Positions 18,408 to 28,217 of a stretch of 64,000 nt of DNA are shown one piece after another. A model generated the notes under the pieces. It saw nothing but the letters and a program-made list of their open reading frames with translations. It did no database searches and had not been told where the DNA came from. A program made the translations under genes and the position numbers. Each line of letters begins with the position of its first letter. Position 1 is the first letter of the stretch. Source of the DNA: an uncultured Gammaproteobacteria bacterium (lineage in GTDB: Bacteria; Patescibacteriota; Patescibacteriia; Magasanikbacterales; UBA922); the NCBI GenBank assembly GCA_964597575.1, contig CAZQXB010000001.1, forward strand, positions 530,111 to 594,110, given 5' to 3'.

Positions 18408-19886
18408 ATGACTACTCCTACACCAATCGACATTAATGACGAGCGTTCTGTCCGCCTTGGAAAACTCGCTGACCTGACCGGAATGGGTGTTGACGCCTAT
18501 CCTGCGCGTGTTTCTCGAAAACACACCCTGAAAGAGGCCCTTGCTTTGGCAGAAGGGGAAAAGGCATCTGTGGCTGGAAGAATTTTGGTAAAACGCGATA
18601 TTGGAAAAATCACCTTTGCTCATTTGTTTGACGGATCAGGGGAAAAACTTCAGGTGGTATTTAAAAAGGATACGCTTGGCGATGACTCGTATAAACTTCT
18701 TGTTAAGAAAATTGATGCCGGAGATATCATTTCAGCGGAAGGGGAGCGGTTTGTCACAAACGCCGGCGAACAGTCCCTTCTTGCATCTTCATGGACGTTA
18801 CTCGCAAAATCACTACTTCCACTTCCGGATAAGTTTCACGGACTTCAGGATGAAGAGTTGCGTTTGCGTAAACGATATTTAGATTTTTTGGTCAATCCAG
18901 AAATGCGAGCGAATATTGAAACACGCTCGCGCCTTATTCGGGCGATTCGTGGCTTTTTAGAAGCTCGTGGCTTTTTAGAAGTGGAAACACCAATTCTTGA
19001 ATCTGTTGCTTCGGGTGCCATGGCGAAAACTTTTGATACTCACCTGAATGCATACGATTTAGATGTACATTTGCGTATTTGTATCGGAGAGTTGTGGCAG
19101 AAACGTTTACTCGTTGGTGGTTTTGAGAAAACATTTGAAATTGGTCGTGCGTTTAGAAACGAGGGGGTTGATCATCAGCACAATCCGGAATTTACCATGC
19201 TCGAGTACTACTATGCTTACGCAGATTATGAAGATAATATGCGTCTTCATGAGGAAATGATTCCAGAAGTCGTTCAGGCGGCTGTAGGATCGCTGACCGT
19301 TACTCATGATGGCCACGAAATTAATTTCACGGCACCATATCCGCGAGTAACGTTCCGCGATACTGTACTTGAGCATTCGGGAATTGATATTAACGACTAC
19401 GATACGGTTGAGGCGCTTCAAAAAGTGATGAAAGCGAAAGGGTATGAGGTGGAAAAAGACGCCTCTCGCGGCGCTTTGATGGATAGTTTGTATAAACAGT
19501 CAGCCCGACCAAAATTGATTCAACCCACATTTGTTTTGAATTATCCAATAGAATTAAAGCCGCTCGCAAAAAAAGCTGCTGACCCACGCTATACGGAAAT
19601 GTTTCAGTTGATTGTGAGCGGGTTTGAACTATCGAATTCGTATACGGAGTTAAATGACCCGCTTGATCAGCGTGCTCGTTTCGAAGAACAGGCGGAAAAT
19701 AAAGCAGGCGGGGACGATGAGGCGATGTCGTTTGATGCCGATTATGTTGAAGCACTTGAACATGGGATGCCGCCGGCTACTGGTACAGGAATTGGTATCG
19801 ATCGTTTTGCGGCACTCATTACCGGATCTCATACGCTCCGAGAAGTAACGACATTTCCGATCGTGAAACCCCGCACTGTGTCATAA
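18408..19886 (+). CDS. lysS: Lysyl-tRNA synthetase, class II
   Basis: OB-fold N-domain. FRNEGVDHQHNPEFTMLEYY (motif 2) and GMPPATGTGIGIDRFAALITG (motif 3). Confidence 0.9.
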   Translation: MTTPTPIDINDERSVRLGKLADLTGMGVDAYPARVSRKHTLKEALALAEGEKASVAGRILVKRDIGKITFAHLFDGSGEKLQVVFKKDTLGDDSYKLLVKKIDAGDIISAEGERFVTNAGEQSLLASSWTLLAKSLLPLPDKFHGLQDEELRLRKRYLDFLVNPEMRANIETRSRLIRAIRGFLEARGFLEVETPILESVASGAMAKTFDTHLNAYDLDVHLRICIGELWQKRLLVGGFEKTFEIGRAFRNEGVDHQHNPEFTMLEYYYAYADYEDNMRLHEEMIPEVVQAAVGSLTVTHDGHEINFTAPYPRVTFRDTVLEHSGIDINDYDTVEALQKVMKAKGYEVEKDASRGALMDSLYKQSARPKLIQPTFVLNYPIELKPLAKKAADPRYTEMFQLIVSGFELSNSYTELNDPLDQRARFEEQAENKAGGDDEAMSFDADYVEALEHGMPPATGTGIGIDRFAALITGSHTLREVTTFPIVKPRTVS

Positions 19887-19887
19887 T

Positions 19888-20931
19888 ATGGAAAAAACTC
19901 GCCTTGTCATTGGCACGACCAATCAAAACAAGTTCAAAGAAATCAGTGATTTTTTTGCGTACTCTGCGTTTGAGGTGGTGCCTCTGAAAGAGGTGTACCA
20001 AGGTGAAGAATGTGGTGAACCATATGACACCCTTCGTGCAAATGCAATGCACAAGGCAAAATTTTACGGTCAAAAGACCGGCCAAATTGTGCTCTCTGAA
20101 GATGCTGGAATTTTTCTCGATGCTACTCCTGAGTGGCCAGGAGTAAAAAGTGCTCGTATTGCAGAAACACCGGACGAAAGGCTTCAGTTAGTGTTAGAAA
20201 AGTTGTCCGGAGTTAGAGAAGCTGAACGCGGGGCAGAATTTCGCATCTGCGTTGCTCTGTATAATCCGCACGAAGATACCTTTTTAGTTTCAGAAGCTAT
20301 TGAGCGTGGGAGTGTGTTGGAAAAACCCGTAGAGGCAAGTGGGGGGTTTGGATATGACCCTATTTTTTTTGTGCCGGAATTGCAAAAGGCGTATGCAGAA
20401 ATGACTGCCACTGAAAAAAATGAGTATAGTCATCGTGGAAAGGCGCTCGGAAAACTCATGTATCTTCTTAAAAATCAATTTAGCGTAAAACATATTCCGG
20501 TTCCTTGTGGATTGGTCATTCAAAATGGAAAGATGCTCATGAATCGGCGCAATGACCCATTGAACCCTGATTATCATGGGAAATGGGAATTTCCTGGAGG
20601 TGGTGTCGAGTTTGGAGAAACGACCGAAGCGTGTGTGGTGCGGGAGGTGGCCGAAGAAGCTGGGCTCGAGGTTGAAGTGGTTGAACTCATTCCTCAAATT
20701 GCCGTAGAGCCAGTAGCGAAAAAGAATGGTGTGAGATATCAGGCGTATCTTATGCCCTATGTATGTCGCGTCAAACAAGTGCTTGGCTCATCTCGCGACG
20801 AAGAAGTCTTAGAGTCACGGTGGTTTGATCTCGATGAAGTAAAAGATTTTCCTTTAATTGGGCGAAATATGGAATTATATTTGAGTATCCTTTCCCAATT
20901 GAAAGAAATCATTGCGAACCATAAATTATAA
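19888..20931 (+). CDS. Fusion protein: Ham1/RdgB non-canonical NTP pyrophosphatase (N-terminal) plus Nudix hydrolase (C-terminal)
   Basis: Ham1 motifs TTNQNKFKE, SEDAGIFLDATPEWPGVKSARI, FGYDPIFF and SHRGKAL. The Nudix box GKWEFPGGGVEFGETTEACVVREVAEEAGLEV follows in the same ORF. Confidence 0.75.
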   Translation: MEKTRLVIGTTNQNKFKEISDFFAYSAFEVVPLKEVYQGEECGEPYDTLRANAMHKAKFYGQKTGQIVLSEDAGIFLDATPEWPGVKSARIAETPDERLQLVLEKLSGVREAERGAEFRICVALYNPHEDTFLVSEAIERGSVLEKPVEASGGFGYDPIFFVPELQKAYAEMTATEKNEYSHRGKALGKLMYLLKNQFSVKHIPVPCGLVIQNGKMLMNRRNDPLNPDYHGKWEFPGGGVEFGETTEACVVREVAEEAGLEVEVVELIPQIAVEPVAKKNGVRYQAYLMPYVCRVKQVLGSSRDEEVLESRWFDLDEVKDFPLIGRNMELYLSILSQLKEIIANHKL

Positions 20932-20935
20932 TAGT

Positions 20936-22153
20936 ATGCTCGACATTAAATTTATTAGAGAACACAAAGAAGAGGTGATAAAAAATTGTGCCAACCGCCG
21001 AGTGCGCATTGATATTGAAGCACTTTTGTCGATCGATGAATCTCGTCGTGCTTTGATTACCGAAATTGATACGCTTCGCGCAAGTAAAAATAAAGCCTCG
21101 AAAGGGAAACCAACGCCTGAGGAAATTATTGCCATGAAAGAAGTGGGGGAAGTGGTCAAGAGAAAAGAGGCTGAGCTTTCGGCGCTTGAGGTGGATTACA
21201 TGAACCTCATGCATCAGATTCCGAACATGACGCATCCGGAAAGTCCGATTGGCGAAGAAAGTGAGTTTATTGTCCGCTACACGAACAAAGAACCTCCAAC
21301 GTTTGATTTTGAACCAAAAGACCATGAAGCGCTTTTACTTGGTGCTGACATGGTTGATTTTGAGCGTGGATCAAAAGTGGCTGGGGCGAAGTGGTATTTT
21401 TCCAAAGGACAGTTGGTACAAATAAATCATGCGCTTTTGGGGTACGGCATGAATTTGCTTGAAAAGCATGGGTTTACCCTCATGGAAACACCAGATGTGG
21501 CAAAGGCTGAAATTTTACTAGGAGCCGGGTTTATTCCCCGTGGGCCAGAAACCCAAATTTATAACTTGGAAGAAAGTGATTTGAGTTTAATCGGCACAGC
21601 AGAAATTACGGTGCTCGGGTACCACGCGAATGAAATTCTTGATTTATCGAATGGGCCTAAAAAGTACGCTGCCATTTCACACTGTTTTCGTACTGAAGCC
21701 GGAGCGTATGGCCGTACCAGCAAAGGGCTGTATCGCGTTCATCAGTTTACCAAACTCGAAATGTTTGTGTTTTGTAAACCAGAAGAAAGCGAGAAATACC
21801 ATGAGGAAATTTTAAATATTGAAAAAGAAATTTGTGATGGGCTTGATTTAGCCTACCGTGTGATTGATATTCCATCTGCAGATCTGGGCGGCCCTGCGTA
21901 TCGGAAATATGATATCGAGGCGTTCATGACCATGAAAAATGATTATGGTGAAGTAACGAGTACCAGTAACTGTACCGATTACCAAGCACGTCGCATGAAC
22001 ATTAAATACCGAAAAGATGATGGTTCGGTTGAGTTTGTCCATACGTTGAATGGAACCGCATTAAATACGAGCCGATTCCCAATCGCCATCATTGAACAGC
22101 ACCAAACAAAAGATGGGGGAATACACTTTCCTAAAACACTCGGGGTAGCGTAG
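20936..22153 (+). CDS. serS: Seryl-tRNA synthetase
   Basis: Start chosen at MLDIKFIREHKEE, directly after the upstream stop at 20929-20931. N-terminal coiled coil; class II core (FRTEAGAYGR..., HTLNGTALNTSR). Confidence 0.9.
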   Translation: MLDIKFIREHKEEVIKNCANRRVRIDIEALLSIDESRRALITEIDTLRASKNKASKGKPTPEEIIAMKEVGEVVKRKEAELSALEVDYMNLMHQIPNMTHPESPIGEESEFIVRYTNKEPPTFDFEPKDHEALLLGADMVDFERGSKVAGAKWYFSKGQLVQINHALLGYGMNLLEKHGFTLMETPDVAKAEILLGAGFIPRGPETQIYNLEESDLSLIGTAEITVLGYHANEILDLSNGPKKYAAISHCFRTEAGAYGRTSKGLYRVHQFTKLEMFVFCKPEESEKYHEEILNIEKEICDGLDLAYRVIDIPSADLGGPAYRKYDIEAFMTMKNDYGEVTSTSNCTDYQARRMNIKYRKDDGSVEFVHTLNGTALNTSRFPIAIIEQHQTKDGGIHFPKTLGVA

Positions 22154-22184
22154 CCGTTCAAGAAGGTCGTAATTTTATTTTCTT

Positions 22185-22916
22185 ATGGCCAAACCCATAC
22201 TCGTCATTCTTCCAGGGTGGGGTGGTACGCACGAAACGTGGCGTGATTTTATTGCGGCTGCAAAAACATCAGGCCCCGAAACCCGCTGTATCGATCTTCC
22301 TTGTTTTGGTGATGCACCGTGCCCGCCGCATGTCTGGGGGGTGGACGAGTATGCGCGGTATGTCCGAGATCAGTTGGATGTGATAAAAACAGCAGAACCC
22401 GATGCGCAGATTCATCTTTTGGGCCACTCATTTGGGGGGCAGGTTGCTGTGGTTGTAGCGGCAAAGTACGGTGAGTACATCTCAAGCCTTATTCTTTCTG
22501 GTGCTGCAGTGTTTCGTCCCAAACAAGTGCTTCACCGGGCAGTATTTGGACTCATTGCAAAAGTAGGAAAGCTCGTTTTTCGTCTTCCTCTCCTCGAGCG
22601 CTTTAGTGATACAGCAAAGAAAGTGCTGTATCGTGGTGCGGAATCCCCAGATTATGCGGCTACGTCGGGTATAAAAAGAGATATCTTCAAAAAAATTATT
22701 CGAGAAGATGTATCATTATATTTGCCGGGTATTCGCTTGAACACATTAGTATTATGGGGAAGCCATGATACGTATGTTCCACTTTCTTTGGGAAAACGTA
22801 TTGCATCTGCTCTTCCAAAAAGTCAGCTTGTGATTATTCCAAAAGCTGGGCACGGTCTTCATATTTCAAATATTCCACGCATGCTCCATAGCATTCGTAC
22901 TTTTCTTGGTCTATGA
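22185..22916 (+). CDS. Alpha/beta-fold hydrolase
   Basis: GHSFGG nucleophile elbow (GxSxG). 243 aa. Confidence 0.6.
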   Translation: MAKPILVILPGWGGTHETWRDFIAAAKTSGPETRCIDLPCFGDAPCPPHVWGVDEYARYVRDQLDVIKTAEPDAQIHLLGHSFGGQVAVVVAAKYGEYISSLILSGAAVFRPKQVLHRAVFGLIAKVGKLVFRLPLLERFSDTAKKVLYRGAESPDYAATSGIKRDIFKKIIREDVSLYLPGIRLNTLVLWGSHDTYVPLSLGKRIASALPKSQLVIIPKAGHGLHISNIPRMLHSIRTFLGL

Positions 22917-24508
22917 CCCTTGCTGCTTTTACCGCTGTTATCGTTGGTATCTGGGCCATTGCTGCCTTAGTTGAGTATGCAGAATTATGCTATTTTTGGC
23001 AGCTGAAAGAATACCGCCTCGATCGTTTTCGAGATTTTCTTCGTACCAAAGAAGGAAAAAAAATGTGGTGGCGCACCCCATTGTATTGGAGAGTCCCTCT
23101 TCTATTCTTTTTGCTTGTCCTTCCGCTTAATTATGACTGGGCGCGCTATGCAGCGTTCGCTGTGGCGAGCCTTGATGCTCTTTGGTTTCTTAGCCGGTTG
23201 GTGCTTCGTCGTTTGCCTAGACCGGTGATCACTGTAAAAGCTCTCGGTGTGATGGGTCTCTCTCTTTTGGTGGAGGCGATCCTTGGGTATTTCACACGAG
23301 AATGGGCCTTTATGGTGGCGGTTGCTATGAGTCGTGTGGTTCTTATGGGGGTCATGGTAGCGCTTATGAATGTTCCAACAAGCCTTGCGAAAAAAGTATT
23401 TCTTTTGCTTGCGACAAGAAAACTCCAGCGTTTTGAAGGATTGCTTGTCATTGGTATTACGGGAAGTTACGGAAAGAGTAGTACGAAAGAATTTTTAGAT
23501 ACGATTTTATCGCGAAAGTTTAGTGTTGTGCGTACTCCTAAAAATATTAATACCGAAATCGGAGTCGCGCAGTTTATTTTGAAAACTTCCTTTGAAGGAA
23601 AAGATATATTTCTCGTAGAAATGGATGCCTACCGGTTAGGTGAGAACACCACGATGTGCCAAATGGTAAAACCAAAGATCGGTATTTTAACCGCCATTAA
23701 CGAACAACATCTTTCGCTCACGGGGAGTATTGAAAATACGCAAATGGCAAATTTTGAACTTCTCCGTGCATTGCCGGTTGATGGTTTAGCCATTACGAAT
23801 ACCGACAATGCACTGTGTCGTGAGCCACTTCCGACCCTTACTTGTACGATCCAGACATTTGGAACGGAAAGTACTTTTTCGCCAACATGTTTAATTAAGG
23901 AAGCTGAGCCTACGCCTAAGGGAATGAAAGTTTCCTTTGCCCTCCTCGGTGAAGAAGTTTCAGGTATTACTCCGATTGTTGGAACGCATCATTCCTATAA
24001 CATTGCTCCGTGCTTACTTATTGCTCGTCATTTGGGTATTCCGCATACCGATTTAGTAACCGCTCTTGAAACTCTACATCTCCCGGTTCACGGCATGAAA
24101 ATTCGCTCCTATGGTCGAACCACAGTGATTGACGATAGTTATAATTCGAATCCGGATGGTTTTGCTGCTGCGCTTGATGTGCTATCCCGGTTTGGAGGGG
24201 AGCGTCGGCGTATTGTGATGACCCGAGGTATGCTTGAACTTGGAAATAAAACAGAAGAACTTCACCGCCGTATTGGCGAAGAAATTGCTTTTATGGCCGA
24301 TGAGTTGGTTATTATTAAACCAGACTTTGCCGAATTTTTGATTAAAGGGGTGGGTGAAAAGTACAAAACAAATATCCGCCAGCTCTTTGAACCTGCAGAA
24401 CTCGTGGCATATTTACGCACTATGAAGGAGACTGACGCGGTTATTCTTTTAGAGAATCGTATGCCGGAAGCGGTGTATCGAGAGCTCGCTTCAACAGAAG
24501 AACGATAA
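22913..24508 (+). CDS. murF: MurF-like Mur ligase whose canonical N-terminal domain is replaced by a polytopic transmembrane region of about 170 aa
   Basis: IGITGSYGKSSTKEF P-loop. C-terminal VIDDSYNSNPDGFAAALDVL is the MurF signature (DDSYNANP). About 5 hydrophobic helices lie in the first 170 aa. Confidence 0.65.
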   Translation: MTLAAFTAVIVGIWAIAALVEYAELCYFWQLKEYRLDRFRDFLRTKEGKKMWWRTPLYWRVPLLFFLLVLPLNYDWARYAAFAVASLDALWFLSRLVLRRLPRPVITVKALGVMGLSLLVEAILGYFTREWAFMVAVAMSRVVLMGVMVALMNVPTSLAKKVFLLLATRKLQRFEGLLVIGITGSYGKSSTKEFLDTILSRKFSVVRTPKNINTEIGVAQFILKTSFEGKDIFLVEMDAYRLGENTTMCQMVKPKIGILTAINEQHLSLTGSIENTQMANFELLRALPVDGLAITNTDNALCREPLPTLTCTIQTFGTESTFSPTCLIKEAEPTPKGMKVSFALLGEEVSGITPIVGTHHSYNIAPCLLIARHLGIPHTDLVTALETLHLPVHGMKIRSYGRTTVIDDSYNSNPDGFAAALDVLSRFGGERRRIVMTRGMLELGNKTEELHRRIGEEIAFMADELVIIKPDFAEFLIKGVGEKYKTNIRQLFEPAELVAYLRTMKETDAVILLENRMPEAVYRELASTEER

Positions 24509-24511
24509 GGT

Positions 24512-25738
24512 ATGGCGAGACACCTCTTTACTGGTTTTGCTCCTCACGCCACGCTTCCTCGTGTGTTTATTGCGCTACAGTCTTTTTTTAGGAAACCTCA
24601 AGCCGGACTCTTATCTCAGGTTGAGGAAGAACTTCAGGCGACCTATGGAGTAGAAGCATTGACCCTCGTCGATAGCGGACGCTCAGCGCTTCTTCTTGCG
24701 GTAAAAACCCTTGCGCTCCAAGCCGGGGACGAAATCATAGTTCCTGGCTATACCTGCATGGTGGTCGCGAACGCCATTCGCGCCACTGGGGTAATTCCAG
24801 TCTATGTTGATATTGATGAGACATTGACCATGTCTCCTGACGCTCTCAAACGTGCTATTACACCAAGAACAAAGGCAATCATGATGCAGTATACCTTTGG
24901 GGAGCCAGGGCATGTAACCGAACTTTTGGCATGTGCGAAACAACACAAGCTTTTTGTTATTGAGGACGCAGCTCACACCGTTTTTGGCTCAGTAGATGGA
25001 GTGCTTTTGGGCACATTCGGAGATATCGGAATTACAAGTTTTGGTCGGGAGAAAGCTATTTCCGCAGAACGCGGTGGTGCACTTTTTACCAATAATCCAA
25101 AGTTTGCAACCCAGATTCGTTCGTATCGTCAGTCTCTTTCTTCTTTTTCTCGGTCTCGGGCCAAAGTATATTTGGGAAGTGAGCTGTGGTTTTTGTTTGG
25201 AAAAAAACTGTATCAGTTCGGAATAGGAAAAGTAATTTTGGCGTTTGGGGCAAAGATAGGCGCAATTCCCAAAATTATGGAACCTAAAGAAAAAAGCGGC
25301 CAGATTCCCCATGAGCCAATGCGTTTTCCTGATGTTCTTGTTCCGCTCCTTCGATATGCACTCGTACATGTTCATACATTAAATGCCCACCGCCAAACGA
25401 TCGCTCGTATGTATGACGAAGGTCTTCCAAAAGATATTCGCCGTCAGACTCGCTCTGGCGTCGGCAGTATTCCTTTGGAATATAGTATTTGCGTTCAACA
25501 ACCAGAAAAATTAGTAGCGCTTTTGCGAAAAAAAGGAGTGGTGCTCTCTCGCGCTTGGGGAGGGTCTCCGATTGTGCCAAAAGGAAGCGGGCTTAAGGAG
25601 GCGGGATATACTTTAGGCTCATGTCCGAATGCAGAAGAGTGGGCTCGAGGGGAAGTATCACTTCCAACGCACCTTGGCATCACTGAGGAAGACGCGAAAC
25701 GTATTATTCACGGTATACACTTGTATGTATCTTGTTAA
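24512..25738 (+). CDS. DegT/DnrJ/EryC1/StrS-family PLP-dependent aminotransferase
   Basis: GDEIIVPGYTCMVVANAI ... ITSFGREKAISAERGGALF contains the PLP-Lys in the conserved SF..K motif. Confidence 0.75.
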   Translation: MARHLFTGFAPHATLPRVFIALQSFFRKPQAGLLSQVEEELQATYGVEALTLVDSGRSALLLAVKTLALQAGDEIIVPGYTCMVVANAIRATGVIPVYVDIDETLTMSPDALKRAITPRTKAIMMQYTFGEPGHVTELLACAKQHKLFVIEDAAHTVFGSVDGVLLGTFGDIGITSFGREKAISAERGGALFTNNPKFATQIRSYRQSLSSFSRSRAKVYLGSELWFLFGKKLYQFGIGKVILAFGAKIGAIPKIMEPKEKSGQIPHEPMRFPDVLVPLLRYALVHVHTLNAHRQTIARMYDEGLPKDIRRQTRSGVGSIPLEYSICVQQPEKLVALLRKKGVVLSRAWGGSPIVPKGSGLKEAGYTLGSCPNAEEWARGEVSLPTHLGITEEDAKRIIHGIHLYVSC

Positions 25739-26750
25739 GGAGGTTATTGATCGAGAGCAATGGGAAACGTTTTTACTTTCTGAACCTTGGACGCTTTTTA
25801 CCCAATCCAGTGCCTACGGAGATTTTTATCGTTCACTCGGCGAATCTGCGTGGATTTTTGGTGTATATGAGGGGGAAAAATTGGTAGGCGGAGCACTGGT
25901 TGTTTCGACTCATGCGAAGCGTGGTAATTTTCTTTTTGTTCCGTATGGTCCGGTATGTACTAAGGGGCACGAGGGTATTATTCCCATTCTTCTTCAACAT
26001 ATCAAAGCCTTTGGAAAAAAGAGCGGCTATGTATTTTTGCGTATTAGCCCGTATGAGGAGAGTTCTCCGCAAGGTACGGCTTTTTGGAAAGAGCTTGGGG
26101 CAAAGCCAGCACCAATGCATGTACTGGCGGAAACCACTTGGCTTTTGGATATTCGCCCATCCGTCGACGAACTTTTGGCGCACATGAATAAAAATCACCG
26201 TAACCTGATACGTCGTTTAGAAAAAGAAGGGGTGCGAGTGGAAATTCGCACCGATGATGAAGCGATAGCGCTATTTAACACGCTTCACGATGTTACTGCT
26301 CTCCGACATAAGTTTACGCGTTTTTCCGCCACCTATATTACAAAAGAGTTTCAGGCCATGCGAAGTGTAGAGGGTGCCTCAGTGCTTTTGGGTTACTTAC
26401 CAGATGGTACGCTTGATGCGGCAGCAATTATGATGAAGTACGGAACTATGGCGGCATACCGTCATGGCGCTTCTTTAGGAAAGGATAAACGACTCCCTGT
26501 TTCCTACTTGGTCCAGTGGGCAGCCATCCAAGAAGCGAAACGTTTGGGCGGAATATGGTATAATTTTTGGGGGATCGCGCCCGAAGGCGCTTCGTCTTCT
26601 CATCCGTTCCATGGAATTACTCATTTTAAAAAAGGGTTTGGCGGATTTTTAAAAGAACTCGAGCACTGTCAGGATATTCCGCTCTCGCCATGGTACGCAC
26701 TGAATTGGCTTATTGAAACCTTTCGACGGTTTCGCCGAGGTTTTGCCTAA
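25725..26750 (+). CDS. FemAB-family peptidyltransferase (peptidoglycan interpeptide bridge formation)
   Basis: FemAB-like region EPWTLFTQSSAYGDFYRSLGESAWIFGVYEGEKLVGGALV. Start moved to the ATG at 25725 because the listed 25629 start overlaps the DegT gene by 110 nt. An AAGGAGG sequence lies at 25737-25743. Confidence 0.7.
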   Translation: MYLVKEVIDREQWETFLLSEPWTLFTQSSAYGDFYRSLGESAWIFGVYEGEKLVGGALVVSTHAKRGNFLFVPYGPVCTKGHEGIIPILLQHIKAFGKKSGYVFLRISPYEESSPQGTAFWKELGAKPAPMHVLAETTWLLDIRPSVDELLAHMNKNHRNLIRRLEKEGVRVEIRTDDEAIALFNTLHDVTALRHKFTRFSATYITKEFQAMRSVEGASVLLGYLPDGTLDAAAIMMKYGTMAAYRHGASLGKDKRLPVSYLVQWAAIQEAKRLGGIWYNFWGIAPEGASSSHPFHGITHFKKGFGGFLKELEHCQDIPLSPWYALNWLIETFRRFRRGFA

Positions 26751-26770
26751 AGCGCAAACATTTTGGTTCC

Positions 26771-27763
26771 ATGCTTCCTAATCCGTACAAAGTTCGCCGT
26801 AAGTGGCGTCGACAGGGTGCCGTGAAAGCAGAGCACTCTTTTGCTGAACCGAAAGCACCGAATCCCTATCGTGCAAAAGAAAAAGTTTCGCATTGGCGAC
26901 GCTATGTTCTTTTGTTTCTAGGATTGTTGTCGATTTTCGGCATGAGTATTCTTCTTTTAACTCATCCTTTTTTTGCTATTTCTAAAATTGAAATTTCAGG
27001 GACCGAACGCCTAAGTGAAGAATTAATTCGCCAAAGCATTGAAGAAAAATTAGGGACAGTTTTATATGAGAAACTCCCTTTTTCAGGTCGGGCGTATCTT
27101 CTCATTCGAGTAGCAGGTGTGCGGGCGTGGCTCATGGAGCGTTTTTCTCTTGAGCAGGCAGTAGTTCGAAAAGAGTTTCCGAACACACTTCGAATAACGG
27201 TCACTGAACGGTTGTCGAATGTCATTCTCGATGACGGGGTATCGTATCGTTTTGTTGGACTTCAGGGGGAAGTACTTGATACCGTGGCCCCGGTAGGTGC
27301 GAACTCTTGGGAACAGGAAGTACAGGTATCAACAACGACGCTCGCGGATGGCACTATTCGGCGGAATGAGGAAGTGGTGAGTCGAACGCATACACCCGAA
27401 GTCGAACGTATGCGCAGTGTAGCAGGGGATTACCCCATTTTACTTGTTGTGCGACAGCGAACACCGAGCTCAACACCAGAAGTACTTTCTTCTGTTGACC
27501 CGCTTTTGGTTGCTCGCACCATTGAGTGGTACGAATATTTGAGTAAAAAAACCGACATTCCTTTTTGGTATATCGAAAAACAAGGAAACCCAGGCCCATA
27601 TGCAACTCTGTTTACGAAAGAGGGATGGCGGCTCTTCATTCCTTTGAACGAATCGGCCAAAGAAGTGGCGCCTCGCCTTGAGGCTGTTCTCTCAAAGCAT
27701 GTTCCGCGAAAGAATCTTCAGTACATTGACATGCGCTATCCTGGGCTTGTGTATTGGCGATAG
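26771..27763 (+). CDS. FtsQ/DivIB-like cell-division protein (TM plus POTRA-like domain)
   Basis: Single TM helix followed by SKIEISGTERLSEELIRQSIEEKLG...FPNTLRITVTER, resembling the FtsQ POTRA domain. Confidence 0.45.
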   Translation: MLPNPYKVRRKWRRQGAVKAEHSFAEPKAPNPYRAKEKVSHWRRYVLLFLGLLSIFGMSILLLTHPFFAISKIEISGTERLSEELIRQSIEEKLGTVLYEKLPFSGRAYLLIRVAGVRAWLMERFSLEQAVVRKEFPNTLRITVTERLSNVILDDGVSYRFVGLQGEVLDTVAPVGANSWEQEVQVSTTTLADGTIRRNEEVVSRTHTPEVERMRSVAGDYPILLVVRQRTPSSTPEVLSSVDPLLVARTIEWYEYLSKKTDIPFWYIEKQGNPGPYATLFTKEGWRLFIPLNESAKEVAPRLEAVLSKHVPRKNLQYIDMRYPGLVYWR

Positions 27764-27817
27764 GGGGCTTGCTCTAAATGCAACTCATATGCTATACTGA
27801 ATCTACCTATTTCTTGT

Positions 27818-28213
27818 ATGAATCAGTCACTCGTCGAAAAAGTTGCAGCAAAAGGATATAAATCAACAAAAACGCGTGAAAAAATCTGCGCCTTTATTGA
27901 ATCAATTGACGGCATGTTTTCGGTTGGGGATATTGTAAAAGGGTTGCGTGGGCTTGATAAGGTTACAGTGTATCGCACCATTGATTTGCTTACCCTGCTT
28001 GATTTTATTCACCCTACCGTTCACTTGGGTGAGGAGCAGCTCTACGAGCTTCATGGCGGAGAGAAGCATCACCACCATGTTATCTGCACGTCGTGTAGAA
28101 AAAATGCCTGCGTTCCCTGCGACACAGATTCTAATAAAAAAATTCCAGGTTTTGTACAAATTCATCACGATGTGGCGTACACGAGCTTGTGCCGCACCTG
28201 TGTAAAAAATTAA
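27818..28213 (+). CDS. zur: Fur-family metalloregulator, likely Zur
   Basis: Winged-helix TVYRTIDLL motif and an HHHHVICTSC metal site. Sits immediately upstream of znuABC. Confidence 0.75.
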   Translation: MNQSLVEKVAAKGYKSTKTREKICAFIESIDGMFSVGDIVKGLRGLDKVTVYRTIDLLTLLDFIHPTVHLGEEQLYELHGGEKHHHHVICTSCRKNACVPCDTDSNKKIPGFVQIHHDVAYTSLCRTCVKN

Positions 28214-28217
28214 CGAT

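Noticed and set aside
25629-25724. Upstream extension of the FemAB ORF
   Set aside because: It overlaps the 3-prime end of the DegT gene by 110 nt in another frame. FemAB homology begins only after the internal ATG at 25725, which lies right at the upstream stop.
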